Below, in pieces: positions 38,301-51,266 of a stretch of 64,000 nt of DNA (the first letter of the stretch is position 1; every line of letters begins with the position of its first letter). The stretch is from the NCBI GenBank assembly GCA_008632985.1, contig QPGO01000067.1, forward strand, positions 1 through 64,000. Direction: 5' to 3'. Below the pieces are notes generated by a model. That model did not search any database and was not told the origin of the DNA. It worked only from the letters and a program-made list of their open reading frames with translations. The position numbers and the translations under genes are program-made. The DNA comes from Psammoneis japonica. Taxonomy: Eukaryota.

Positions 38301-40150
38301 ACAATGTTGAGAAGAATGAGTGGCTTGAAGCAGATGATGGATGTGGTGCCAAGGACCCTGACTTTGTAAAGACTCCTGCTGGCATTTGATGCGTGGAACC
38401 AAAGGCAGTTGTCAGGGCTAGATCCATTGCCAGGAACAAGGAGAGACAGCCAATGACCATCTCAAGCTCTTCAAGTGTGCCTTTCTGAATGCTTTCACCA
38501 CAACATTGAACTTTGTGGCCAGTGCTTCTGAGCCTGCGCCATCGTCACACAGCTGTCTTTCCAGCATGGCAAAGGCTCATTCAGCACAGCAGACAAATGT
38601 GGTGTCCTGCAGAAAACCACCGATTTGAAGGATTTTCCTCTTCCAAGCACTCCAGCAGATGATGATTTGCAAGAGAGCAAACAGTGTTCTTTTTGTGAAC
38701 TGGAGCATTCATTGACAAAATGCGTGCCACGCCCCAGCATGCCGTGCATGCCAACCTTTGCCCAAACCTTTTGCTGTCATGCTTTGTGCACACATGTGCA
38801 GTGGCCAACATGCAGTCTCTGTGCTGCAACATGACATGAGCACAATGAGACCGGTTTGGTGCATCTTGTCGACCTGGCCATTTTTGTTGAAGCCGCCAAC
38901 ACCAGGGACAAAGGCAGGGCTGGAACAGATCCGCATCATGGCCAGACAACCTGACTTTCCCGCAGCTTCTGGCAGGAAGCAAGCAATTGGAAAATGCTGG
39001 TGTGCACGTTGAAGTAAACTTCTGCGTCACAATTGCGTCAGCAGCTGCAAGTTTGAATGACCAGGATTGTTGATGAGAGAACAGTCTCAATGAGTTGGAT
39101 TTGAGTGTGCGCCCCTCCACATCCAATGCAGAGCTTCTGGGATCCTGGCCAAGAACGCTGAGAAGCAACTTGATGCCAAGAATGCTTGGGAGTCTCACAG
39201 AGCAGAGCTTCTGGTCAAAGCTCAACTGCTCTCCCGTTCAGAAGCTCAGGGTCATTAAAAGCAATCAAATCACATCTCCTGCCTTGTCCTTGACTCCACA
39301 ACTCCCTTGGTTGACAGAGTTGGGCAGAGCACAACATCCTGGGTGTGGTGTGTGGGCAAAGAAGAAAAACCTTTTCCAAGCAGCAGTGTGATCCAGTCAC
39401 AGTGATCAGTGTTCCTGTCCCAAACAAAGCTGGAAAAGTGAGAAGAATGAAAAGTCCCAAGTTTGACCAGTCACAGTCACAAAGACTGGACCATGTCATC
39501 TTGACCTGGAAGTGCCCTCCTTCAAGATGGACAAACCGAGAAGTCACAGTTGGTGGGTGGATGTGCTGCTGGCATGTCGTCTCCATCTAAACTTGGGGGT
39601 GTGAAGAGGACTCAAGTGCACGCCAAGCAGTTCTCCACATCCAACACAGAGCTTCTAGGATCCCAGCCAAGAACCACTGAGAAGTGACTTGACACCAAGA
39701 ATGCTCAGGATTCTCACAGATCTGAGCTTCTGGTCAAAGCTCTGCTCTGCACAAAGGGGGGATGGGTGAAACCAAACCCTCTGCAGGGTTCTGTGAAGAC
39801 AAACACAGGGGCTCGCAGGACCAAGAGAAAAGTGATGACACCTCGGGCACTTTTTGAGCAGCAGCTTTTGATGCTGTGGCCAACAGCATTTTGCTGCATT
39901 GGCCACAGGAAAAAAAAAATTGCAGGCTCAAAAAAGCAGAAGAAATGCCAGTTCCTGCTTCCCCATGCAGAAGCTCAGGGTCTTCAAAAGCAATCAAATT
40001 GCATCTCCTGCTTTGTCCTCAACTCTGTGACTCCCTTGGTTGACAGAGCCCCCCCCCCCGATGAGACACCCAGGTGGTGGCCACCTTGAAACCATGGTCA
40101 CACAGGACTGCATGCAAAGTCCTGCACCACCAGAAGCACATGTGTCCAAC
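35380..40150. mobile_element. Decayed repeat region, possibly including a PIF/Harbinger-type DNA transposon remnant on the minus strand (~35.9-39.0 kb)
   Basis: Depleted of TpA and CpG. Acidic/Lys-rich ORF remnants at 35893-36943. HTERCTQMLL..SHTNFCI near 37740-37880 weakly resembles the Harbinger IE.AFG.L..LHNFCI motif. Confidence 0.3.
39119..40048 (+). repeat. Dispersed direct repeat in two blocks (~39119-39223 with ~39638-39741; ~39238-39318 with ~39967-40048)
   Basis: catccaa..cagagcttct..ggtcaaagctc and cagaagctcagggtc..ccttggttgacagag each occur twice, differing often by TG/CA swaps. Confidence 0.8.
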
Positions 40151-42478
40151 TCAGATCAACTGTGTTCACGGAGTCTTGGCAGACAAGCCAATGGAAAACC
40201 ATCCTTGCTGCTGATGTCGTCAATCACACAATGCACTGTCCCTCCTTGAGCTGTTTGTTCATTTTTGCAGTCACTTTCCACTGTTCATGTTTTGTCCTTC
40301 GTGTGTCACAATCAATTTGTGATGATGGACAAGCTTCAAAATCCAAAATTGAACCTCTCAAATCTCTTGGTGGCAATTTACAACATGTGGACATTCAGCA
40401 ATGCATCACATGAATGACAAAGTCTGTGTGATTTACATTTGTTGTTAATTGGGTGTGTTAAAATTCCAAAAGTGAACAGATGTGTTTGCTGCTGCATGTT
40501 GACATTTAAATTCCAAAACTGCTTTTCTTTTGGCCCGCGCTGGTGTCCGGTCGACCACCATCCAGCATCGCCAATGATGCTGCTGCTGGTGCAAAAAAAA
40601 ACAACAACACAACACAGTGCTGTGTGCAACAGAAGGCACAGTGGGCACAGCGCTCCATGGATCATGATGAGTTCAAACCAAGAGAAACATTCAAAGGGGC
40701 GTCGAGAAGGTGGAGATGAGAAACAATGAGCTGAATTTGCTCAGAAGAAACGAGCCTCTTCTGTTCAAGGCAGCAACATTGCAAGCAACAAGAATTGCAG
40801 CAAGTTTGACAAGAGCAAAATGAGAGCAAAGCAACACAAAGCAGAAAAATGTGGTGACACAAGGGGAAGAGAAGAGGGGTGGGTGGGAAACAGTGGCAGG
40901 CAGATGGAACGCAACAAAACAGCGACTTCTGCAACAGTGACTGGGCATGTGTCTGGCAGTTGCAAGGATGATGGACTCTCTCCAATGAGTCAACCCTGAA
41001 AGCAGCCAACAAAGTTCAATCATGCTCAAGAAGTCACCCACAGTGAAAGCGAGTGACAATTTTCTGGAGCAGTTGTGGTTGAAGGGATGGGGGCAGACAC
41101 AGAGGAGGACATGGGGGAGAACAAGCATGAAGAGAATTGGAAACTCTTGCAGCTGGTGAAACCAATGAGGCTGATGTCGCATTCATTGCTGAAGCAAGAG
41201 TGGTTGAGGACAACGACCACACAGAGCTTCACAATGAAGTTGACCGTCTGCAAACAATGGCAAAAGAAATGCAGACAAGAGATGAGCAGACAAGAAACAC
41301 TCCATTGTGCAGGGTGAAGCGGTTCCTGTTGCCTTGGAAGCAAGCTCAATGGCAGAAGCCGCAACTGACAAAGAGCAAAGGAGCCATGACACCCACAGAA
41401 GAAAAGGCGCAGATGGAAATTGGTTTCAACACCAGCCCTGCTGGTTGTGGCCAGTGACAGCCATTGTTGCAGTTGCCACTGGTGGCGGAGCCGGTGTTGG
41501 CATCTCTCAAAGCAACAACAACAAGCAACCATCATCAACAGTCCCACAAACTGCACCTGCACCATCACCTTTGCTTGAATCATCATCAACAATGCCTTCC
41601 CCAATGATGCCTTCACCACTGTCTTTAGAAGCTGCTGTGGAGCTCACAGAAGCAAACTTGTTTGACAGCGGTGCAGCACTCAGTGACCCATCATCGCCTC
41701 AGTCTGAGGCTCTGCAGTGGCTGCTGAGCAATTCTGGGCTGGATGGCTGCTCGGATTGCCGCAAGATGCAGCGGTTTGTGCTCACGACTTCACAGTTCAG
41801 CACCAATGATGGAGATGGGTGGAAAAACTCAACCAGCTGGTTGAGCAACAGCCATGAGTGTGATTGGCACAATTTGTCTCACTTTTGTGGTCCACTTTGC
41901 AGTGACGGTGAATTCATCAGTGCCATCTTTCTGCAACAGGAAAATTTGGTGGGAACTTTGCCACCAGATCTTGTGCCATTGTCAGATTCCATGCGTGAGT
42001 TGATGCAATCATGTTTTAAAATGCAAGAGTGAGTTGACTCACATTTTGTTTGTGCAGCAACCATTTTGTTAGAGTGGAATTTTCTGTCGGGTCCTGTTCC
42101 AACCAAGTTTGGACTGTTGACAAAAGCTCGGCAGGTTTCTTGAGTTTTGGACATTCCCCACAAGTGAGCACAATTGACACCACTCTGAACTTGTGCAAGT
42201 TTGTTTAACTTCATGTTGCAGGATTTCTCAACTTGGGTCCCAACTGGTTGTCGTTGTCCATTCCCAGCAAAATTGCAGGCATGACTGGTCCAAGTGAGTT
42301 GCAACAGAGGTTTTGTGCGATTGGCGTTGGTTGTCCTCTGTGTCCAATGTTGTGTGTGCCTGGCCATTTCTTTCTGGGAAAATCTCTGTTGTGGGTTGGC
42401 TTTCCTTTGGAGAAAATGAGCTGACGGGCAATGCACCTTCAGAAATCAACCAAACAACAAAGTTGGGTGTAAGTCATC

Positions 42479-45400
42479 TGATGTGCACATTTTAAAAATC
42501 GAAAATTCCCAAGATTTGATTCCAGGAATCTTGTCAAAATTCGATTCTTGACAACGCACGTGACTCGCGCTCGTGGATTTTTGGAAATGCCCATTCTTGA
42601 GAGAATCCCCCCCCCCTTCATTTTCAAAAATGCATGCCTTTCATTTTCGAAAATGCCGTGCTTGCTCTCCCGAGCAATGCAGTCCACACAAACTTTGTGG
42701 CAAACACCATGAACAATGATTGTCTCAACCACATTGTGCGCTGTTCGAACGTGATGCATTCCATCACAAAAGTGGAAGGGGGAACCCAAACCACATCCAA
42801 GATGCTGACACAAGAGCAATTCCATCACATTGAACACCTTCTTTCACATTGTGAGTCTGGAGATGCAGCAGCCGGACTTGATGTCAAACAATGGCGATGC
42901 AAGCACCCTGAATGGAGCCAGACATCAATGAAATGTTTTGTTCATGACAGATTGACGTGTTGCCAAGATGCAAAGGTTTGCTGGCCAAAGGACAAACGTG
43001 TCATCCATGAACTCATGTGCTTTGACATCATGTTGCAAGCTCATGAGATGGAAGGCTGTCACCGTTCCATCAAAGCAACATTCAGCCATTTGTCCAATGA
43101 TTGCTGCAACACAGCTGCCAACATGGTTTGCGTTTTTTGCAATCATTGTCCTCATTGCATTTCTCTGAAGTCCAAGAACAAAAAGTTTGCATCCATTGTA
43201 AAAGACAGGGGGAAATTGCAATGCTTCGCAGCACCAGTTTGCAACACCCTTTTTTTACAGCTGTCTTGAAGATTCCCACTTTCTGAGTCACCCGACGACT
43301 CCCGTGACAAACTCAATTTGTGCACTCTTTTCATGGAACTCACTCTCATTGGCAACATCACCACCACTGCTTTGTGCTGTTTTGTTGTTGACAACCATGC
43401 TTTGTTTCTGTTTAACCCACACTCAGCCATCTGGCAAAATGCGTCATTCAGCAACATTGTCACAACAATCCCTCGGAGAGCAAAATTCTTTGTCGTCTCC
43501 CAACAAACTTTCAGCCATGACAGAAGAGAAGCATCACAAACACTGTTTTCTAGCCAAGGCTTTTGGCATGGATGAGGTGGGCAGTCCTTCCACTGCCAAG
43601 ATGTCCAAGGCATTGACGGAAAAGGAGCACGATCACATCGTCTGCTTGCTTGATCACATCATGGACATGGGTGACATTGAGAAAGGTCTTGACGCAAAGC
43701 AGTGGTGCCGCAAATGTCCCAAGTGGCACCACATGAATGACAAGCACTGTGTGGAGCATCCTCAGGAGGGTCCTTCACTGTTGTTTTGTAAAGGAGAGGA
43801 AACGCCCAAACAAGTCATTCACCAGATGATGTGCTTTGACATGCTCAAACAAATCCACTCATTGTCCAGTCACAAGAAGGTGGCATTCACTCATGCTGTT
43901 GCACAGGACAAGCACTTTAATGTCACCCAAATCATTGTGAAGGCTTTCATCAACACTTGCCCACAATGTTCTTTGAAGCAGCCATGGGCTCCAAAGCAAA
44001 AAGGGGCCGTTCATTCAAAAATGGTGCTGCTCAAACATGGTGCAGTTAGGAAGACTGTCTTTTTTGCAGCGACAGCAATCAATCATCCACAAGGGCAAAA
44101 TCCCAACCTCTGCTTGAATGCCCATTGAATGGTTCAAAAACAAATCACCACATTGCAGCAAAAAGACAGCAAACTTGTTCAGAATTTTCTTGTGCACCCT
44201 GACAATGTCTTTGTTTTTGGGCTTCTTTGGGTTGTCCCTCCACACTTCCATCACTTGCACCAAGCTTTTTGCAGCTGCATTCACTCCACTCCTCTCTGGT
44301 GGGCAACCCAGGCCTGGCCAACCAAGAAGAGCATCACAATGGGGTGCCTGGTGGGTTTCCAGTCTTGTTGATGTCAACCATTGGTTTGCACATGGCATGT
44401 CCAAATCCAAAAGCATCGTCAGGTGGCTCGAACCAAGACACAGACAGCATGACCATTTCAGTGGCACCAAAAAAGCAGGACTTGTGTGGATGCAACTCAA
44501 AGCACATTTGCACAGACACAATTTGAGGCAGTGCAAGTGAGTGCTTGTCAATGAGTGCAACAATGAAGTGGAGAAAAACCTGGTGATGGCCTGTTGGCTC
44601 CATGTTGCGTGCAACTCGGTGTGCATCAATCCCGGCACATCCCTTGAATTTCTCCAAGTTGGCAAAAAGCAGCTCATGATCAACGCACTTCAGATGATCC
44701 GGCAGGTCTTGGTGTGCTTGGATTGCATGTGTCATCAGTGGCAGAGTCATTTTGATCTGCCATGCAGAGTTGTCCACTGACGACCTGGAACATCCAACAA
44801 CAGTGTTTCTCACATTTCCAAAATCATCAATCCCCAAGACGGATGGCACGGGTGCCATGGGTTCGTTGTTGCTGTTGTGGTGGTCAGAGTGACAGTCAGA
44901 GAAGCAATCAAATGCATTGATGAGGCAGCACAGGGCCTTGGTCTTAATCTCTTGCATTGCACCCAGCAAAAGGCAAACAAAATCTTCAACTCAGTTGGGA
45001 AGTTCTGGATCAACCCAAGGGTTAGAAGTGAACTTGGGTTGGAGAGTGTCCATGATTTGAGAGAGAATCAAAAAGAATGCCATGGCTTCCTTTGTGCCCT
45101 TCTGTTTGCATGGCCTTGCAACACCATTGGCATGTCCCTTCCTTGTGGTGCTTGTGTTGGTGATTGCACGGCTGATGGTGTGTTCCTGTCTTCCCCATTT
45201 CCAAACATTGAGACTCTCTGTCCTTTGGTTTTTCATGATGTTTCTTGATGAGTTTCTGTGAATGATTCCAGTCTGCTCAATGTGTCAGGTGTTGTTGGTG
45301 AAAAGAATTGACAACCACGAGAAAGCATTTGGAATGATCTCTGTCAATGTTGTAGATTGACCAGACAGTGGATGTGTCATTGGATCCAAGTTCCAAAGCA

Positions 45401-47600
45401 AGGTTCACAGTGTTGTCTTGGCAGTGGGGAACGTTGGCTCTGCAAGGCAAAGACACCTGCAATGGAGACTGAAATGTGACATGACAGCAGAAAACACATT
45501 TTTCTTGGTGCTTTGGAGACAGCCAGCCAAGGTTGTTGATTGGCTTGTCCTCGGAAGAGTCATCGTTGAAGCACTCAGGGCAGACCTCTTTTAAAAAATA
45601 AAAACAATGTTGAACATGCTCTCCTCCTTAAACACCTTTTCCCTCAACGAGGCCTTGGACAGTCCAACTTTCTCTCAACAGCACAGGTGAAAGTGTTCCT
45701 GCTGGGCATTTTAGCTGGTGCACCAACAGAAGATGAAGATGACACTTGAAGCCAATTAGAAGGTTTGGATGTGACTGAAGAGGTGGAGTCAAGGCTGGCA
45801 GACTGGACCAGGGAAGATCTTGTGCGGCAAGAACACCAGAGGTTCCAATGTGTCCGATGAGGCAGATTCAAAGCTGAGAGACCAAGACCTGTTAGACCAG
45901 GACTTGTGGGACCTGGCGCAACAAGACACAGGAGGTTCCAAGACATCTGAATGGGTGGAGTCGAAGCTGCGAGACCTGGACAGAGAAGACCTGGTGCAGT
46001 GCAACACAGGGCTGCAACTCCTGCTGCAGAACTTTCCATGCAGCATGTGTTCGTTTGCAGGAATCCCTTGAGCAATTGCATCCACAAGGAGATGGGAACA
46101 GGAACACAAACAAGGGCTCTGGTTGGGAACTGGTGCTGCCGACAGAGACAGCAACATTGGGAGGGAGAGCAGCCACCAGAACGATGCCCAGTGGTGGACC
46201 AACTGGAGAAGGCAGACTCATGACTGGCCCCAGACCAATGCCTGCTGGCACTCAAAGAGAACAGTGGCAGTGCGGAGAGCAAGACCTGCACCTGTGGACC
46301 TGGAGCAAGAATGAGACCAACACCTTGAAATTGACCAGGAGCAACATGACCAAGAGCAGTGTGCAGAGCGTGACCATGACATGGACCTCAACCCAGAACT
46401 GGTGTGGGGTGAGTGACAAGTGGAGGAACAACCATGACCACAATCTTGACCACGAACCATGCCACCACTGTGATGACCAGCAATGGTGGGAGAAGAGGGG
46501 GCTTGCCTGGAAGAGGGTTTCTTGAAGGGACGGCCCTTTCCCCTGGAATGCCGAGTTTGCTTTTTTGCAGTCAATGCAGTCATGGGGGCATGCACAGGTG
46601 CCCACTGAACTGGTGCTGAAGGGAGTGCAGCACATTGAATTAACTGTGCTGGAGCCAGAGGCTGCAACGGTGCAGGGGGGGACGTGATGGTGTGGCTGCG
46701 ACAACGGCGATGGAGCAGCAACGGAGTGGCAGGCTGCAACGATGCAGTGGGAGCAATGCAATGTGGCTGAGACAACGGTGACAGAGTTGAAGGCTGCAAC
46801 AATGCGGTGGGAGCATGACAGCATTGCTGCAATGACCGCAACAGAGCGGCAGGCTGCAATGATGCAGTCGGAGCATGACAGCATTGCTGCAACAACAGCA
46901 ACGGAGCTGAAGGCTGCAATGATGCGGTCAGAGCATGACAGTGTTGCTGTGACAACAGCAACAAAGCTGAAGGCTGCAATGACATGGTTGGAGATGAATT
47001 GGTGAAAATTCTTGACAGAAAGTCACGGCCAGGCAATGAGCTGCAATGCCATGATGAATGTGCAGAGCAATGCGGTGATCGGCAAGGATGCTGTTCTGGA
47101 GAGACATCATGGCAACAAGCAGACCCACCACATCCATGATGGGGTGAACAACAAGGACAACACACAGGGAAGTCATTGCGGATGTGACATCTTGATTGTC
47201 TGGCAGAGCAATGGAGAGAGGAGGGAGGTGAGAGGTCAAGACCTCTTGACCAAGGTGGAGCACCACTGTCACCTCTCACAAGATGCATGGCGTGAAGCAG
47301 GCAGATGAACAACAGTTGGTGCTGACAGTGTGGACAGAAAGCAACAACAAAAAGGCTCGCGGTGGAGTGAGAAAAGCAGCGATGACCATGTTGCTTTCTC
47401 TTTTGTGTTGGATGTGATGAGCTGGTGGTTGCGTGGTGTGCCCAAAATGACTGTTAAATTTGTGCCAACGTGCAACAATGACCGTCACCAAATGGGCACG
47501 ATCAAAGATTCTCAAAAAATGATGGTGTCATTTTTTAAAATGACCATTTTGGGGAATGCTGATTTTTGAGAATCCACGTTTTCGAAATTCCATGCAACAC
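42479..47600. mobile_element. ~5.1-kb insertion in intron 4 of the dead LRR copy, with two tandem degenerate HHCC integrase zinc-binding modules (Ginger/KRBA2-like)
   Basis: Host sequence breaks after gtaagtcatc and resumes at gcccttg. VIHELMCFDIMLQAH..H..T..VFCNHCPHC (~43000-43160) and VIHQMMCFDMLKQIH..H..T..AFINTCPQC (~43810-43970). Confidence 0.6.
46718..46985. repeat. 60-bp minisatellite, about 4.5 copies
   Basis: AGGCTGCAA at 46731, 46791, 46851, 46911 and 46971. Confidence 0.88.
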
Positions 47601-48184
47601 TTTGCCCTTGATTTCTGGCCCCTCCACTTTCATTTCCTTTGACTTCAGTTGCAGCCGCAAATCTCATGGCGTCCCTTTTCTCATGTTGTTGTCCTTCGCA
47701 GATTGCCTTGACATCCAAGACAATGACTTTGCACTGCCGTTTACGTGTCCTGGGTTCACATTGACTTGCTGGGTTTTGAGCGAAGATCCTTCAAATGCTT
47801 CCTGTCGGGAACTCCAACAGTTGTCACGTCATGTTGATTTTGGTCCTTCCGGCAAGGATGCAATGGTCACCGCATGAGTGCAGGAGGCATTGTTGCCAAT
47901 GCCATTGCACTCAACTTGCATCAAAGAGCAAAACATGCAAAAAGAAACAAAACAAGGCAAACAAGAATGACACGTGGTGATTGACAGCCGCTGTGCCCAA
48001 AACAAGATTGAGCTTGAAAAGGGCGTCACCCTTGGCTTGTCTTTCTGCGCAACGACAATCTGTTTTTTTGCAAAGCACCAAAAAACCAGTTTGCTTGTCT
48101 CCTTTCCTTGCAACATGTTCTCTCCACTGATTCAATGCGCATCCCATCTTGGGATCCTCGCTGCACAGACTCAATGGTTTTGTC

Positions 48185-51100
48185 TGACAGACATCCGAGA
48201 TGATGGGGAGCACACTCCCTTGTGTCAGACAGACTGGCACAGACAGCATGGAGAGATCCGATGATCTCTCCTTTGCTCACTTTCTTTCTCATCCAGTGCA
48301 CGATTGTCATCTGTCCCAGACATGCATTAGATTGTCCCGATGCCACCAGCCCATGAGGTCATGAGCAGCAGTGCGCTGTTCCTCTTCCTCTGTTCTCCTC
48401 TGTCGCAATGCCCGCTGTGTGATTTGGCAATTTTTCATTGTTGAAATCGTCATCATTGTCACAGCTGTTTTTTCGCCTCTCGATTTTGTGATCAGACGAC
48501 CACTGTAAAACACATGCCAGAGCTCTGTGCAGGAATTTGATTTTTTCCCGTGCAACCATGGTGAACAAAACCCCAAGTGCCATCGATTTGACCAAGATCA
48601 AGACGACACGGGTTGAATTCAGCCCACATGATCTCTTGCCCAATGCACGCCGTCACCTGAATGCTCTTTATTCTGATGAGACACCTGCTCCTGAAGATCT
48701 TCTGGATGGATTCACTCCTCAAGGCCTCAAGAGCAATGCTGTCACTGTCCTCCGTCGTGAGATCCTTCACAATCTCATCATCCCCCAAGCTGCCCTGACT
48801 GAAGATCTTGCGTGCATCGGACCGATCATTGAAAAGGCCCCTCTCTTTGTGGCCATCCCTCAAGACTCCCCAGTTCATCTGAACCTCAGTGCTCTTCAGA
48901 AGGCCATGATCAAAGTGATCTCAGAGAACGATGACACCACAAAAGCACACACTGGGACTTTGCGTTTCCATTTCAGCCCTGGTTTTGGCATCATGATTGC
49001 TGGGATGATGTCTCAGATGATCCACATCCGGACCCAATGCCTGCTTCAAGTTCTGCATCCCCGCCGGTTGCTGCTGCAGGTCCTGCTCCTGAAGACTTTG
49101 CCAAGGCCTTGGCAACTCATTTGCCTGGTCCAAACGAGCATGGGCAAGCCATGACTGATGGGTTGAAGAGCATTTCAAGTTCTCATGCATGTGCTGAGTC
49201 CAAGTCATGCCCAGTTGCTGGGTCCACTGCTTGCAGCTCTGATGCTGCTGTTGTTTCTCATGTTGAAGATGCGCTCACTGTGGACACTTGGATGGATCCC
49301 ACAGATGCCAACTCCTTGAATGCCAAGTCTGCCATGTCTGTTGTGGAACCTGTGGGTGAGCCACCTGCAGTTGTTGATGCTGGATCCCTTGCATTTCCTG
49401 CCAAGTCGTCGGCACTTCCCGAGAATGTCCATGCCTGCCTGCTCAAGACCCCGAAGTTTTTTGTGTCTGGCGGCCCCATTGTTTTGCACAATGGCGGTCA
49501 CATTGGTCCATTGGATGGTTCATGCTGCATCACCAAGGTCACCCATGAGCTGCTTGATGCCTCTGTGGTGCCTTCGCATGATGCGCATGACACCCGTGGA
49601 CACAGCCACAGCTCTGTTGGTTGTCAAGTCGCTTTGTCTTTGGATTTTTGGCTTGGCTGTCGTCAATTTTGGATGTGCGGTGCCGCCATTCCTTCCACCA
49701 TCCAAACAAGACCAATGGGAGCAGGGCAGTTTTATGAAAGAGGGCCACGGAGTCTTGCTGCCTTCTTCCGCTGTTCTGCAGAATTCTCCATTGCAAGGAC
49801 CGTTGTCGTGTCTGAAAGTGCTTTTCATGGTGCTCCAGACCTGTCCACCATTGCTGACGATGATCCTTTGATTCCTGATCAGGGGGAGGGCACAATGTGG
49901 CACAGAGGAAGTGTGCAAGATTGATCAGCACGCAACAGCCTCCACTGGAAAAATGTTGGGTGACCAAGATTCGCACGTCACAGAGAATTCCACAACCACA
50001 CGTCATCTTCTTCCAACAATGAAGCACTCCAGGCTGCACTCTGTTTGCTTGCTGAGCTTGGAAGTGGGGTGACCCTGAAAGAGCGCAACTGAGTCTCACT
50101 GCCTCCCATTGCATCACTTCTGTCCTTCACCGTCAGGACCATTGTTGCTTTGAATGGCATTTTTCCTGTCACCCCCGACCTGTCGACCATCCCTGATGAT
50201 GACCCTGCATTTTTTTGATCAGGGGAGGGATTCCCACAACCTTGAGGCCCAGCAGAACTCCAAAATCCTTCGCAACGAGCTCCCGACATTTTTCTTTTAC
50301 CAGGCATGTGACAATTGCACATGCAAAAACACATGGATCCGACATGTTTGCTCTGCAAGTGCCTCGAAAGAGGACACAAGTCTGCGACAAATTTACGCAG
50401 AAATGTGCGAAAGAAAAACCCGGATTTTGGGACATGTTTGGGACATGGCTGGGCACAAGGATGATGCAGAGGAAGCATGTCAGGCTGTTGAGAATTCTGC
50501 TTTCCACCAAAACACCTCACACTTGACGATCGCGTTTTGAACGCCGTGCGATGCTCACCTCCAATGCGTCACTGTTCTTTTGACATTGAGCGACTTTACG
50601 ATCCATTTTGTTCTCCCAACATGTTTTTCAGGGGCAACACAAATGGTGGTGGAAGCATTGGTTTGTCAGGTGGATTGTTGTTGCTTCATTTTCACCGCAT
50701 CATCCACCATGGTGGATTTCCATTTTTTGGCCCTGTCTCCTCCAATGAGTTTTGGCGACAGTGTGACTCACCAGAATGTCTCTTTGCTGCCAATCATTTG
50801 TGGATTGACAAAATTCTTCTTTGGTGCACAACTCAATTTATCCAAAAGATTTGTTGGGACTGCCTTTGACATTTTTTGTCAAAGACCGATGCGCTGATCT
50901 CGGGACGGATGTTTTTTGTTCCCAACATGCTCGTCGCTTGTCGAGATGTTGTCGTTGATTGTTGTCGTGTTCGCAGACCAAGTCTTGGCCATTTCTTTTG
51001 GTGCTCTTATTTGTTTTTTGCTGCTCTGGTCCTCTCTTTCATTCGGATTGTCTCTTTTCTTTCTTGATGAGCTTTTGCATTGCTCATCAGGGGAGGGTGA

Positions 51101-51266
51101 CAGACATCCGAGATGGGGAGCACACTCCCTTGTGTCAGACAGACTGGCACAGACAGCATGGAGAGATCCGATGATCTCTCCTTTGCTCACTTTCTTTCTC
51201 ATCCAGTGCACGATTGTCATCTGTCCCAGACATCCATTGGATTGTCCCGACACCACTGGCCCACAA
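48185..51266 (+). mobile_element. 3.1-kb non-autonomous LTR element, ~170-bp LTRs (48185-48356, 51098-51266), with a gag-like ORF remnant and no recognisable pol
   Basis: Near-identical direct repeats starting TGACAG; PPT aggggaggg before 51098; PBS-like GGTCATGAGC at 48357; TSD-like TTGTC/TTGCC matching TTATC in the live copy. Confidence 0.85.

Noticed and set aside
46718..46985. CRISPR-like array
   Set aside because: Contiguous degenerate 60-bp units with no unique spacers, no cas genes and a eukaryotic context.
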